64,000 nucleotides of DNA from Macrostomum hystrix. Its lineage: Eukaryota > Animalia > Platyhelminthes. Shown here one piece after another: positions 1-14,849 of the stretch. The stretch spans positions 1,426,001-1,490,000 of the forward strand of contig CATNEN010000014.1 in the NCBI GenBank assembly GCA_950097015.1. Reading direction: 5' to 3'. Each line of letters begins with the position of its first letter. Positions within the stretch are counted from its first letter, which is position 1. The notes under the pieces were generated by a model, which was not told the origin of the DNA, did no database searches, and saw nothing but the letters and a program-made list of their open reading frames with translations. Made by a program: the position numbers and the translations under genes.

Positions 1-3000
1 ATCATGGCCAAACCAGAGTTTAAATCATGGCTAAACCAGAGTTTGAATCATAGCTAAACCAGAGTTTGAATCATGGCGAAACCAGAGTTTGAATCATGGC
101 TAAACCAGAGTTTGAATCATGGCTAAACCAGAGTTTGAATCATGGCTAAACCAGAGATTGAATCATGGCTAAACCAGAGTTTGAATCATAGCCAAACAGA
201 GTTCAAGCTAAACCAGAGTTTGAATCATGGCTAAAACCGTGCTTGAATCATGGCTACACCAGAGTTTGAATCATGGCTAAACTAGCGTTTCAATCATGGC
301 TAAACCAGAGTTGAATCATGGCTAAACTCGAGTCTGAATCATGGCTACACCAGCGTTTGAATCATGGCTAAACCAGAGATTGAATCATGGCTAAACCAGA
401 GTTTGAATCATGGCAAAACCCGAGTTTCAATCATGGCTAAACCAGAGTTTGTTTCATGGCTAAACTATAGCTTGAATCATAGCCAACCAGAGTTCAAGCT
501 AAACCAGAGTTTGAATCATCGCTAAACCCGAGCTTGAATCATGGCTAAACTAGCGTTTCAATCATGGTTAAACTAGCGTTTCAATCATGGCTAAACCGGA
601 GTTTCAATCATGGCTAAACCAGAGTCTGAATAGTGGCTAAACCAGAGTTTGAATCATGGCTAAACCAGAGCTTGCATCATAGCCAACCATAGTTTGAATC
701 ATGGCAAAACCAGAGCTTGAATCATGGCTTAACCAGAGCTTGAATCATGGCTAAAACCGTGCTTGAATCATGGCTAAACTAGAGTCTAAATCATGGCTAC
801 ACCAGAGTTTGAATCATGGCAAAACCAGCGTTTCAATCATGGCTAAACCAGAGTTTGCATCATAGCCAACCTGAGTTTGAATCATGGCTAAACCAGAGTT
901 TGAATCATGGCAAAACCCGAGTTTCAATCATGGCTAAACCAGAGTCTAAATCATGGCTAAACCGGAGCTTGAATCATGGCTTAACCAGAGCTTGAATCAT
1001 GGCTAAAACCGTGCTTGAATCATGGCTAAACCAGAGTCTGAATCATCGCTAAACCAGAGTCTGAATCATGGCTAAACCAGAGTCTGAATCATGGCTAAAC
1101 CAGAGCTTGAATCCTGACTAAACCAGAGCTTGCATCATGGCTATAACCGAGCTTGAATCATGGCTAAACCAGAGTTTGAATCATGGCAAAACCAGCGTTT
1201 TAATCCTGGCTAAACCAGAGTTTGAATCATGGCGAAACCCGAGTTTCAATCATGGCTAAACCAGAGTCTAAATCATGGCTAAACCAGAGATTGAATCATG
1301 GCTAAACCAGAGCTTGAATCATGGCTAAAACCGTACTTGAATCATGGCTAAACCAGAGCTTGAATCATGGCTAAAACCGTACTTGAATCATGGCTAAACC
1401 AGAGTTTGCATCATGGCAAAACCAGCGTTTCAATCATGGCTAAACCAGAGTTTGCATCATAGCCAACCAGAGTTTGAATCATGGCTAAACCAGAGATTGA
1501 ATCATGCCTAAACCAGAGTCTGAATCATGGCTAAACCAGAGTCTGAATCATTGCTAAACCAGAGTTTGAATCATGGCTAAACCCGGGCTTGAATCATCGC
1601 TAAACCAGAGTTGAAACAAAGCTAACCAGAGTTTGAATCATGGCTACACCAGAGTTTTAATCATGGCTAAACTGGCGTATGAATCATGGCTAAACCAGCG
1701 TTTGAATCATGGCTAAACTAGAGCCTGAATCATGGCAAAACCAGATTCTAAATCATGGCTAAACCAGAGTCTGAATCATGGCTACACCAGAGTTTGAATC
1801 ATGGCTAAACCAGAGTTTGAATCATAGCTAAACCAGAGTTTGAATCATGGCAAAAACAGAGTTTGAATCATGGCTAAACCAGAGTTTGAATCATGGCTAA
1901 AATGGAGTTTGAATCATGGCTAAACCAGAGTCTGAATCATGGCTAAACCCGGGCTTGAATCATGGCTAAACTAGAGTTTGAATCATGGCTAAACTAGCGT
2001 TTCAATCATGGCTAAACCAGAGTTTGAATCATGGCTAAACCAGCGTTTGAATCATGGCTAAACTAGAGCCTGAATCATGGCTAAACCAGAGTTGAATCAT
2101 GGCTAAACCAGAGTTGAATCATGGCTAAACCCGAGTCTGAATCATGGCTACACCAGCGTTTGAATCATGGCTAAATCAGAGTCTGAATCATGGCTAAACC
2201 AGAGTTTGAATCATGGCCAACCAGAGTTTGAATCATGGCTAAACCCGGGCTTGAATCATGGCTAAACCAGAGTTGAATCGAAGCTAACCAGAGTTTGAGT
2301 CATGGCTAAAATGGAGTTTGAATCATGGCAAAACCAGAGTCTGAATCATGGCTAAACCCGGGCTTGAATCATGGCTAAACCAGAGTTCGAATCATGGCCA
2401 AACCGGCGTTTGAATCATGGCTAAACCAGCGTTTGAATCATGGCTAAACTAGCGTTTCAATCATGGCTAAACCAGAGTTTGAATCATTGCTACACTTGAG
2501 CTTGAATCATGGCTAAATTAGCGTTTCAATCATGGTTAAACCAGAGTTTGAATCATGGCTACACTTGAGCTTGAATCATGGCTAAATTAGCGTTTCAATC
2601 ATGGCTAAACCAGAGTTTCAATCATGGCTAAACCAGAGTTTGAATCATGGCTAAACCAGAGTTTGAATCATGGCTAAACCAGAGTTTGAATCATAGCAAA
2701 ACCCGAGTTTCAATCATGGCTAAACCAGAGTCTAAATCATGGCTAAACCAGAGCTTGAATCATGGCTAAACCAGAGCTTGAATCATGGCTAAAACCGTGC
2801 TTGAATCATGGCTTAACCAGAGCTTGAATCATGGCTAAAACCGTGCTTGAATCATGGCTAAACCAGAGTCTGAATCATCGCTAAACCAGAGTCTGAATCA
2901 TGGCTAAACCAGAGTCTGAATCATGGCTAAACCAGAGCTTGAATCCTGACTAAACCAGAGCTTGCATCATGGCTATAACCGAGCTTGAATCATGGCTAAA

Positions 3001-6000
3001 CCAGAGTTTGAATCATGGCAAAACCAGCGTTTTAATCCTGGCTAAACCAGAGTTTGAATCATGGCGAAACCCGAGTTTCAATCATGGCTAAACCAGAGTC
3101 TAAATCATGGCTAAACCAGAGATTGAATCATGGCTAAACCAGAGCTTGAATCATGGCTAAAACCGTACTTGAATCATGGCTAAACCAGAGCTTGAATCAT
3201 GGCTAAAACCGTACTTGAATCATGGCTAAACCAGAGTTTGCATCATGGCAAAACCAGCGTTTCAATCATGGCTAAACCAGAGTTTGCATCATAGCCAACC
3301 AGAGTTTGAATCATGGCTAAACCAGAGATTGAATCATGCCTAAACCAGAGTCTGAATCATGGCTAAACCAGAGTCTGAATCATTGCTAAACCAGAGTTTG
3401 AATCATGGCTAAACCCGGGCTTGAATCATCGCTAAACCAGAGTTGAAACAAAGCTAACCAGAGTTTGAATCATGGCTACACCAGAGTTTTAATCATGGCT
3501 AAACTGGCGTATGAATCATGGCTAAACCAGCGTTTGAATCATGGCTAAACTAGAGCCTGAATCATGGCAAAACCAGATTCTAAATCATGGCTAAACCAGA
3601 GTCTGAATCATGGCTACACCAGAGTTTGAATCATGGCTAAACCAGAGTTTGAATCATAGCTAAACCAGAGTTTGAATCATGGCAAAAACAGAGTTTGAAT
3701 CATGGCTAAACCAGAGTTTGAATCATGGCTAAAATGGAGTTTGAATCATGGCTAAACCAGAGTCTGAATCATGGCTAAACCCGGGCTTGAATCATGGCTA
3801 AACTAGAGTTTGAATCATGGCTAAACTAGCGTTTCAATCATGGCTAAACCAGAGTTTGAATCATGGCTAAACCAGCGTTTGAATCATGGCTAAACTAGAG
3901 CCTGAATCATGGCTAAACCAGAGTTGAATCATGGCTAAACCAGAGTTGAATCATGGCTAAACCCGAGTCTGAATCATGGCTACACCAGCGTTTGAATCAT
4001 GGCTAAATCAGAGTCTGAATCATGGCTAAACCAGAGTTTGAATCATGGCCAACCAGAGTTTGAATCATGGCTAAACCCGGGCTTGAATCATGGCTAAACC
4101 AGAGTTGAATCGAAGCTAACCAGAGTTTGAGTCATGGCTAAAATGGAGTTTGAATCATGGCAAAACCAGAGTCTGAATCATGGCTAAACCCGGGCTTGAA
4201 TCATGGCTAAACCAGAGTTCGAATCATGGCCAAACCGGCGTTTGAATCATGGCTAAACCAGCGTTTGAATCATGGCTAAACTAGCGTTTCAATCATGGCT
4301 AAACCAGAGTTTGAATCATTGCTACACTTGAGCTTGAATCATGGCTAAATTAGCGTTTCAATCATGGTTAAACCAGAGTTTGAATCATGGCTACACTTGA
4401 GCTTGAATCATGGCTAAATTAGCGTTTCAATCATGGCTAAACCAGAGTTTCAATCATGGCTAAACCAGAGTTTGAATCATGGCTAAACCAGAGTTTGAAT
4501 CATGGCTAAACCAGAGTTTGAATCATGGCAAAACCCGAGTTTCAATCATGGCTAAACCAGAGTCTAAATCATGGCTAAACCAGAGCTTGAATCATGGCTA
4601 AACCAGAGCTTGAATCATGGCTAAAACCGTGCTTGAATCATGGCTAAACCAGAGATTGAATCATGGCTAAAACCGTACTTGAATCATGGCTAAACCAGAG
4701 TTTGGATCATGGCTACAACAGAGTTTGCATCATGGCAAAACCAGCGTTTCAATCATGGCTAAACCAGAGTTTGCATCATAGCCAACCAGAGTTTGAATCA
4801 TGGCAAAACCCGAGTTTCAATAATGGCTAAACCAGAGATTGAATCATGCCTAAACCAGAGTCTGAATCATGGCTAAACCAGAGTCTGAATCATGGCCAAA
4901 CCAGAGTTTGAATCATGGCTAAACCAGAGTTTGAATCATAGCTAAACCAGAGTTTGAATCATGGCAAAACCAGAGTTTGCATCATGGCTAAACCAGAGTT
5001 TGAAGCATGGCTAAACCCAGGCTTGAATCAAGGCTAAACTAGAGTTTGAATCATGGCTAAACTAGCGTTTCAACCATGGCTAAACTAGAGCCTGAATCAT
5101 GGCTAAAGCAGAGTTGAATCATGGCTAAACCAGAGTTGAATCAAAGCTAACCAGAGTTTGAATCATGGCTACACCAGAGTTTTAATCATAGCTAAACTAG
5201 AGCCTGAATCATGGCTAAAGCAGAGTTGAATCAAAGCTAACCAGAGTTTGAATCATGGCTAAACCAGCGTTTGAATCATGGCTAAACTAGAGCCTGAATC
5301 ATGGCTAAAGCAGAGTTGAATCATGGCTAAACCAGAGTTGAATCAAAGCTAACCAGAGTTTGAATCATGGCTACACCAGAGTTTTAATCATAGCTAAACT
5401 GGCGTTTGAATCATGGCTAAACCAGCGTTTGAATCATGGCTAAACTAGAGCCTGAATCATGGCCAAACCAGAGTTTAAATCATGGCTAAACCAGAGTTTG
5501 AATCATAGCTAAACCAGAGTTTGAATCATGGCGAAACCAGAGTTTGAATCATGGCTAAACCAGAGTTTGAATCATGGCTAAACCAGAGTTTGAATCATGG
5601 CTAAACCAGAGATTGAATCATGGCTAAACCAGAGTTTGAATCATAGCCAAACAGAGTTCAAGCTAAACCAGAGTTTGAATCATGGCTAAAACCGTGCTTG
5701 AATCATGGCTACACCAGAGTTTGAATCATGGCTAAACTAGCGTTTCAATCATGGCTAAACCAGAGTTGAATCATGGCTAAACTCGAGTCTGAATCATGGC
5801 TACACCAGCGTTTGAATCATGGCTAAACCAGAGATTGAATCATGGCTAAACCAGAGTTTGAATCATGGCAAAACCCGAGTTTCAATCATGGCTAAACCAG
5901 CGTTTGAATCATGGCTAAACTAGCGTTTCAATCATGGCTAAACCAGAGTTTGAATCATTGCTACACTTGAGCTTGAATCATGGCTAAATTAGCGTTTCAA

Positions 6001-9000
6001 TCATGGTTAAACCAGAGTTTGAATCATGGCTACACTTGAGCTTGAATCATGGCTAAATTAGCGTTTCAATCATGGCTAAACCAGAGTTTCAATCATGGCT
6101 AAACCAGAGTTTGAATCATGGCTAAACCAGAGTTTGAATCATGGCTAAACCAGAGTTTGAATCATGGCAAAACCCGAGTTTCAATCATGGCTAAACCAGA
6201 GTCTAAATCATGGCTAAACCAGAGCTTGAATCATGGCTAAACCAGAGCTTGAATCATGGCTAAAACCGTGCTTGAATCATGGCTAAACCAGAGATTGAAT
6301 CATGGCTAAAACCGTACTTGAATCATGGCTAAACCAGAGTTTGGATCATGGCTACAACAGAGTTTGCATCATGGCAAAACCAGCGTTTCAATCATGGCTA
6401 AACCAGAGTTTGCATCATAGCCAACCAGAGTTTGAATCATGGCAAAACCCGAGTTTCAATAATGGCTAAACCAGAGATTGAATCATGCCTAAACCAGAGT
6501 CTGAATCATGGCTAAACCAGAGTCTGAATCATTGCTAAACCAGAGTTTGAATCATGGCTAAACCCGGGCTTGAATCATGGCTAAACCAGAGTTAAATCAA
6601 AGCTAACCAGAGTTTGAATCATGGCTACACCAAAGTTTTAATCATGGCTAAACTGGCGTTTGAATCATGGCTAAACCAGCGTTTGAATCATGGCTAAACT
6701 AGAGCCTGAATCATGGCAAAACCAGATTCTAAATCATGGCTAAACCAGAGTCTGAATCATGGCCAAACCAGAGTTTGAATCATGGCTAAACTAGCGTTTC
6801 AATCATGGCTAAACCAGAGTTTGAATCATGGCTAAACCAGCGTTTGAATCATGGCTAAACTAGAGCCTGAATCATGGCTAAACCAGAGTTGAATCATGGC
6901 TAAACCCGAGTCTGAATCATGGCTACACCAGCGTTTGAATCATGGCTAAACCAGAGATTGAATCATGGCTAAACCAGAGTTTGAATCATGGCTAAACCAG
7001 AGTTTGAATCATGGCGAAACCCGAGTTTCAATCATGGCTAAACCAGAGTCTAAATCATGGCTAAACCAGAGCTTGAATCATGGCTAAACCAGAGCTTGAA
7101 TCATGGCTAAACCAGAGTTTGAATCATGGCTAAAACCGTGCTTGAATCATGGCTACAACAGAGTTTGAATCATGGCTAAACCCGAGTCTGAATCATGGCT
7201 ACACCAGCGTTTGAATCATGGCTAAACCAGAGATTGAATCATGGCTAAACCAGAGTTTGAATCATGGCAAAACCCGAGTTTCAATCATGGCTAAACCGGA
7301 GTTTCAATCATGGCTAAACCAGAGTCTGAATAGTGGCTAAACCAGAGCTTGAATCATGGCTAAACCAGAGCTTGCATCATAGCCAACCAGAGTTTGAATC
7401 ATGGCAAAACCAGAGTTTCAATCATGGCTAAACCAGAGTCTAAATCATGGCTAAACCAGAGCTTGAATCATGGCTAAACCAGAGCTTGAATCATGGCTAA
7501 AACCGTGCTTGAATCATGGCTAAACCAGAGCTTGAATCATGGCTAAAACCGTACTTGAATCATGGCTAAACCAGAGTTTGGATCATGGCTACAATAGAGT
7601 TTGCATCATGGCAAAACCAGCGTCAATCATGGCTAAACCAGAGTTTGCATCATAGCCAACCAGAATTTGAATCATGGCAAAACCCGAGTTTCAATAATGG
7701 CTAAACCAGAGATTGAATCATGCCTAAACCAGAGTCTGAATCATGGCTAAACCAGAGTCTGAATCATTGCTAAACCAGAGTTTGAATCATGGCTAAACCC
7801 GGGCTTGAATCATGGCTAAACCAGAGTTGAATCAAAGCTAACCAGAGTTTGAATCATGGCTACACCAAAGTTTTAATCATGGCTAAACTGGCGTTTGAAT
7901 CATGGCTAAACCAGCGTTTGAATCATGGCTAAACTAGAGACTGAATCATGGCAAAACCAGATTCTAAATCATGGCTAAACCAGAGTCTGAATCATGGCCA
8001 AACCAGAGTTTGAATCATGGCAAAACCCGAGTTTCAATAATGGCTAAACCAGAGATTGAATCATGCCTAAACCAGAGTCTGAATCATGGCTAAACCAGAG
8101 TCTGAATCATTGCTAAACCAGAGTTTGAATCATGGCTAAACCCGGGCTTGAATCATGGCTAAACCAGAGCTTGAATCATGGCTAAACCAGAGCTTGAATC
8201 ATGGCTAAACCAGAGTTTGAATCATGGCTAAAACCGTGCTTGAATCATGGCTACACCAGAGTTTGAATCATGGCTAAACCCGAGTCTGAATCATGGCTAC
8301 ACCAGCGTTTGAATCATGGCTAAACCATAGATTGAATCATGGCTAAACCAGAGTTTGAATCATGGCAAAACCCGAGTTTCAATCATGTCTAAACCAGAGT
8401 TTGTTTCATGGCTAAACCAGAGTCTGAATCATGGCTAAACCCGAGTTTCAATCATGGCTAAACCAGAGTTTGTTTCCTGGCTAAACTAAAGCTTGAATCA
8501 TAGCTAACCAGAGTTCAAGCTAAACCAGAGTTTGAATCATGGCTAAAACCGTGCTTGAATCATGGCTACACCAGAGTTTGAATCATGGCTAAAACCGTGC
8601 TTGAATCATGGCTAAACCAGAGTTTGAATCATGGCAAAACTAGCGTTTCAATCATGGCTAAACCAGAGCTTGAATCATGGCTAAACCAGAGTTGAATCAT
8701 GGCTAAACCCGAGTTTGAATCATGGCTACACCAGCGTTTGAATCATTGCTAAACTAGCGTTTCAATCATGGCTAAACCAGAGTTTGAATCATGGCTACAC
8801 TTGAGCTTGAATCATGGCTAAACCCGAGTTTGAATCATGGCTACACCAGCGTTTCAATCATGGTTAAACTAGCGTTTCAATCAAGGCTAAACCAGAGTTT
8901 CAATCATGGCTAAACCAGAGTTTGAATCATGGCATACCCGAGTTTCAATCATGGCTAAACCAGAGTTTGTTTCATGGCTAAACAATAGCTTGAATCATAG

Positions 9001-12000
9001 CCAACCAGAGTTCAAGCTAAACCAGAGTTTGAATCATGGCTAAACCCGAGTTTCAATCATGGCTAAACCAGAGTCTAAATCATGGCTAAACCAGAGCTTG
9101 AATCATGGCTAAACCAGAGCTTGAATCATGGCTAAACCAGAGTTTGAATCATGGCTAAAACCGTGCTTGAATCATGGCTACAACAGAGTTTGAATCATGG
9201 CTAAACCCGAGTCTGAATCATGGCTACACCAGCGTTTGAATCATGGCTAAACCAGAGATTGAATCATGGCTAAACCAGAGTTTGAATCATGGCAAAACCC
9301 GAGTTTCAATCATGGCTAAACCGGAGTTTCAATCATGGCTAAACCAGAGTCTGAATAGTGGCTAAACCAGAGCTTGAATCATGGCTAAACCAGAGCTTGC
9401 ATCATAGCCAACCAGAGTTTGAATCATGGCAAAACCAGAGTTTCAATCATGGCTAAACCAGAGTCTAAATCATGGCTAAACCAGAGCTTGAATCATGGCT
9501 AAACCAGAGCTTGAATCATGGCTAAAACCGTGCTTGAATCATGGCTAAACCAGAGCTTGAATCATGGCTAAAACCGTACTTGAATCATGGCTAAACCAGA
9601 GTTTGGATCATGGCTACAATAGAGTTTGCATCATGGCAAAACCAGCGTCAATCATGGCTAAACCAGAGTTTGCATCATAGCCAACCAGAATTTGAATCAT
9701 GGCAAAACCCGAGTTTCAATAATGGCTAAACCAGAGATTGAATCATGCCTAAACCAGAGTCTGAATCATGGCTAAACCAGAGTCTGAATCATTGCTAAAC
9801 CAGAGTTTGAATCATGGCTAAACCCGGGCTTGAATCATGGCTAAACCAGAGTTGAATCAAAGCTAACCAGAGTTTGAATCATGGCTACACCAAAGTTTTA
9901 ATCATGGCTAAACTGGCGTTTGAATCATGGCTAAACCAGCGTTTGAATCATGGCTAAACTAGAGACTGAATCATGGCAAAACCAGATTCTAAATCATGGC
10001 TAAACCAGAGTCTGAATCATGGCCAAACCAGAGTTTGAATCATGGCAAAACCCGAGTTTCAATAATGGCTAAACCAGAGATTGAATCATGCCTAAACCAG
10101 AGTCTGAATCATGGCTAAACCAGAGTCTGAATCATTGCTAAACCAGAGTTTGAATCATGGCTAAACCCGGGCTTGAATCATGGCTAAACCAGAGCTTGAA
10201 TCATGGCTAAACCAGAGCTTGAATCATGGCTAAACCAGAGTTTGAATCATGGCTAAAACCGTGCTTGAATCATGGCTACACCAGAGTTTGAATCATGGCT
10301 AAACCCGAGTCTGAATCATGGCTACACCAGCGTTTGAATCATGGCTAAACCATAGATTGAATCATGGCTAAACCAGAGTTTGAATCATGGCAAAACCCGA
10401 GTTTCAATCATGTCTAAACCAGAGTTTGTTTCATGGCTAAACCAGAGTCTGAATCATGGCTAAACCCGAGTTTCAATCATGGCTAAACCAGAGTTTGTTT
10501 CCTGGCTAAACTAAAGCTTGAATCATAGCTAACCAGAGTTCAAGCTAAACCAGAGTTTGAATCATGGCTAAAACCGTGCTTGAATCATGGCTACACCAGA
10601 GTTTGAATCATGGCTAAAACCGTGCTTGAATCATGGCTAAACCAGAGTTTGAATCATGGCAAAACTAGCGTTTCAATCATGGCTAAACCAGAGCTTGAAT
10701 CATGGCTAAACCAGAGTTGAATCATGGCTAAACCCGAGTTTGAATCATGGCTACACCAGCGTTTGAATCATTGCTAAACTAGCGTTTCAATCATGGCTAA
10801 ACCAGAGTTTGAATCATGGCTACACTTGAGCTTGAATCATGGCTAAACCCGAGTTTGAATCATGGCTACACCAGCGTTTCAATCATGGTTAAACTAGCGT
10901 TTCAATCAAGGCTAAACCAGAGTTTCAATCATGGCTAAACCAGAGTTTGAATCATGGCATACCCGAGTTTCAATCATGGCTAAACCAGAGTTTGTTTCAT
11001 GGCTAAACAATAGCTTGAATCATAGCCAACCAGAGTTCAAGCTAAACCAGAGTTTGAATCATGGCTAAACCCGAGCTTGAATCATGGCTAAACTAGCGTT
11101 TCAATCATGGTTAAGCTCGCGTTTCAATCATGGCTAAACCAGAGTCTGAATAGTGGCTAAACCAGAGCTTGAATCATGGCTAAGCCAGAGCTTGCATCAT
11201 GGCTAAAACCGAGCTTGAATCATGGCTAAACCAGAGTTTGAATCATGGCTAAACCAGAGATTGATTCATGGCTAAACCAGAGTTTGAATCATGGCTAAAC
11301 TAGCGTTTCAATCATGGCTAAACCAGAGCTTGAATCATGGCTAAACCAGAGTTGAATCATGGCTAAACCCGAGTCTGAATCATGGCTACACCAGCGTTTG
11401 AATCATGGCTAAACCAGAGATTGAATCATGGCAAAACCCGAGTTTCAATCATGGCTAAACCAGAGCTTGTTTCATGGCTAAACTATAGCTTGAATCATAG
11501 CTAACCAGTGTTCAAGCTAAACCAGAGTTTGAATCATTGCTAAACCCGAGCTTGAATCATGGCTAAACTAGCGTTTCAATCATGGTTAAACTAGCGTTTC
11601 AATCATGGCTAAACCAGAGTTTCAATCAGGGCTAAACCAGAGTTGAATCGAAGCTAACCAGAGTTTGAGTCATGGCTAAAATGGAGTTTGAATCATGGCA
11701 AAACCAGAGTCTAAATCATGGCTAAACCAGAGTCTGAAACATGGCTAAACCCGGGCTTGAATCATGGCTAAACTAGAGTTTGAATCATTGCTAAACCAGA
11801 GTTCGAATCATGGCCAAACCGGCGTTTGAATCATGGCTAAACCAGCGTTTGAATCATGGCTAAACTAGCGTTTCAATCATGGCTAAACCAGAGTTTGAAT
11901 CATGGCTAAACTTGAGCTTGAATCATGGCTAAACTAGCGTTTCAATCATGGTTAAACTAGCGTTTCAATCATGGCTAAACCAGAGTTTCAATCATGGCTA

Positions 12001-13113
12001 AACCAGAGTTTTAATCATGGCTAAACCAGAGTTTGAAGCATGGCTAAACCAGAGTTTGAATAATGGCAAAACCCGAGTTTCAGTCATGGCTAAACCAGAG
12101 TTTGTTTCATGGCTAAACTATAGCTTGAATCATAGCCAACCAGAGTTCAAGCTAAACCAGAGTTTGAATCATGGCTAAACCCGAGCTTGAATCATGGCTA
12201 AACTAGCGTTTCAATCATGGTTCAACTAGCGTTTCAATCATGGCTAAACCAGAGTTTCAATCATGGCTAAACCAGAGTCTGAATCATGGCTAAACCAGAG
12301 CTTGAATCATGGCTAAACCAGAGCTTGCATCATGGCTAAAACCGAGCTTGAATCATGGCTAACCCAGAGTTTGAATCATGGCAAAACCAGCGTTTGAATC
12401 ATGGCCAAACCAGAGTTTGTATCATGGCTAAACCAGAGTTTGAATCATAGCTAAACCAGAGTCTGAATCATGGCTACACCAGAGTTTAATCATGGCTAAA
12501 CCCGAGTCTGAATCATGGCTATACCAGCGTTTGAATCATGGCTAAACCAGAGATTGAATCATGGCAAAACCCGTGTTTCAATCATGGCTAAACCAGAGTT
12601 TGCATCATAGCCAACCAGAGTTTGAATCATGTCTAAACCAGAGATTGAATCATTGCTAAACCAGAGATTGAATCATGGCAAAACCCGAGTTTCAATCATG
12701 GCTAAACCGGCGTTTTAATCATGGCTAAACCAGAGTTTGTTTTATGGCTAAACCATAGCTTGAATCATAGCCAACCAGAGTTCAAGCTAAACCAGAGTTT
12801 GAATCATGGCTAAACCCGAGCTTGAATCATGGCTAAACTAGAGTTTGAATCATGGTTAAACTAGCGTTTCAATCATGGCTAAACCAGAGTTTCAATCATG
12901 GCTAAACCAGAGTCTGAAGCATGGCTAAACCAGAGCTTGAATCATGGCTAAACCAGAGCTTTAATCATGGCTAAACCAGAGTCTGAATCATGGCTAAACC
13001 AGCGTTTTAATCATAGCTAAACCAGAGTTGGAATCATGGCGAAACCCGAGTTTCAATCATGGCTAAACCAGAGTCTAAATCATGGCTAAACCAGAGCTTG
13101 AATCATGGCTAAA
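1..13113. repeat. Satellite array, 23-bp monomer GAATCATGGCTAAACCAGAGTTT (~570 copies, open at the window start) with higher-order duplications
   Basis: Continuous 23-bp periodicity. Diagnostic variants recur at fixed offsets of 1832 bp (1041/2873, 1111/2943, 1611/3443, 2271/4103), 2025 bp (7591/9616, 8931/10956) and 5455 bp (6/5461, 186/5641). Confidence 0.98.
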
Positions 13114-13521
13114 CGAGTGTCGCTTGGACAACAAACTAATTAGCAGTTTGGATAGAGTTTATTTAGTGGCAGCGGAAGCAAAAGGTAAGGCAGATAGAAA
13201 GGAACATGGACACGCTTGAGGGCACGCTTACACGCTAAGAGAACCTGTAACGGAGAGGTGGTCTTGTACATAGATATAAAATTGGTAAACGCAAATGGAT
13301 GAGGTCACAGACAATTGACCGAGGCGAAGCCGAGGTCAATGATCGAGACACCGAGTGCTTTTGGCCCTAGACATCTAAATGAGTGGGGAATATGATATGT
13401 ATCCCCCGTTCGGTGTGTGTAGCTTTTGTGTGCTACACTTTTTTGCTAGTTTTTGTTAGTCTATGGTTGTTGTCTCGAATTTATCAGTCCGCGGGGCAGC
13501 GGGAAATAAATGATTTATTTA

Positions 13522-14849
13522 CACTCAGCAACATTGAAAAGTTTCCACCCTCGCGCAAGTTGTATATTTAGAGTTTCAAAACTGGTTTTTGTCGCCAGAC
13601 TTGTGCCATAGACGATTGATGATTTCGTCAACACGCACTTGGGCCATAGACGCCAGACAAGTCGAAGGAAACATTCGCATGTAGCAGACAGCAGTCAGCT
13701 TACAGGAGTCTATGATCCACGTTCGCAACCAAACGGAATGGTTCGCCAAATGACCGACCTGGAACGAGCGCGCGCCGTTGGCATGCTGGACGCTGGGGTG
13801 TCCATCCGAGCTATTACTCGCCAAATTGGGCGGTCTCGCACAGCAATCCGCAAACTGCAGATCAAGTGCAGAGAAACTGGCAGCGTGGCGCTAGCCGGCC
13901 GGCGGCTCAATTTGCGCAGTACAACTAGGAGGGCGGACCGGCGATTGCTGCGAATGTCGAATGGAAGCCCCACATTGCCAGCCACCCTGCTACGGCTGAT
14001 GTGGGCTGAAAGAAGCAGGCGAGGGGATTTCTGAGCGCCCAAACCATCCGACGACAATAGCGGGAGTCGGGGCTCTGATCCCGTAAGATGCGCAAACGGC
14101 CACGCCTGACCCCAACCCATGTGGCCAGCCGGCAACAATGGGCAATGCAAAGGGTCCAGTGGAGGCAGCAGCAGTGGCGGCGAGTGATTTTCGCGGATGA
14201 GAACCGCTTTCGATTGTTCCGTGCCGACGGCCGCATTCGCGTGTGGCGCCAGCCACGCCAGGAGATGCTGCCGCAGCACGTGCAAAACTCAGAGAGCTGC
14301 AGCTTCTATTCACGTGTGGGCAGGCATCACAATGCACGCAAAGACGGAGCTTGTGTTCCTGGATGCGACTGTGACTGCCGAGTCGTATTTGCCAATTTTT
14401 TTGCCAAGCCAACCTTCTACAGACGCTGCTGCCCTTCATTGATGCTTCATGTGGTGGCGTGGGGAACAGCGTCCTCCAAGACGACAACGCCCCACCGCAT
14501 CGCGCAGCCGTTGTGGTGCATCTGATGGACTGACTACTTCGGAATCACTGTCTACCGCGAATCACTGTCTACTGCATGGCAACAGCTACCGCAAGATTTT
14601 CTGCGACGCCTGGTTGTGGGTATGCCCGGAGAGTGTGCGCTCTGCTGCACGCACGTGGCTGCTGTACGCGTTACTGACCCTGTTCTGGGCCAGTTGGCAC
14701 CAGATGCTCGCGTACTTTCTTTGCTGTTCGTTTGCTTCGTTCGAATCCGGATTTTATATCTGTCTATGGCTCAAACCACAAATATCTCCACCTACCAAAA
14801 CGTTGACCCATCGTGCGCTAGGGTGGAAACTTTTCAATGTTGCTGAGTG
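13522..14849 (+). mobile_element. Tc1/mariner DNA transposon, defective, with TIRs and TA target duplication
   Basis: TIR CACTCAGCAACATTGAAAAGTTTCCACCCT at 13522 and its reverse complement ending at 14849, flanked by TA on both sides; 1328 bp. Confidence 0.93.
13738..14700 (+). pseudogene. Tc1-family transposase pseudogene
   Basis: N-terminal HTH (MTDLERARAVGMLDAG...), W..VIFADENRF, IHVWAGIT and QDDNAPPH spread over several frames, with stops and frameshifts near 14030-14090 and 14280-14470. No SPDLNPIE motif is visible. Confidence 0.9.

Noticed and set aside
1-13113. CRISPR-like or telomeric interpretation of the arrays
   Set aside because: No unique spacers, no cas genes and no short telomeric unit; the context is eukaryotic.
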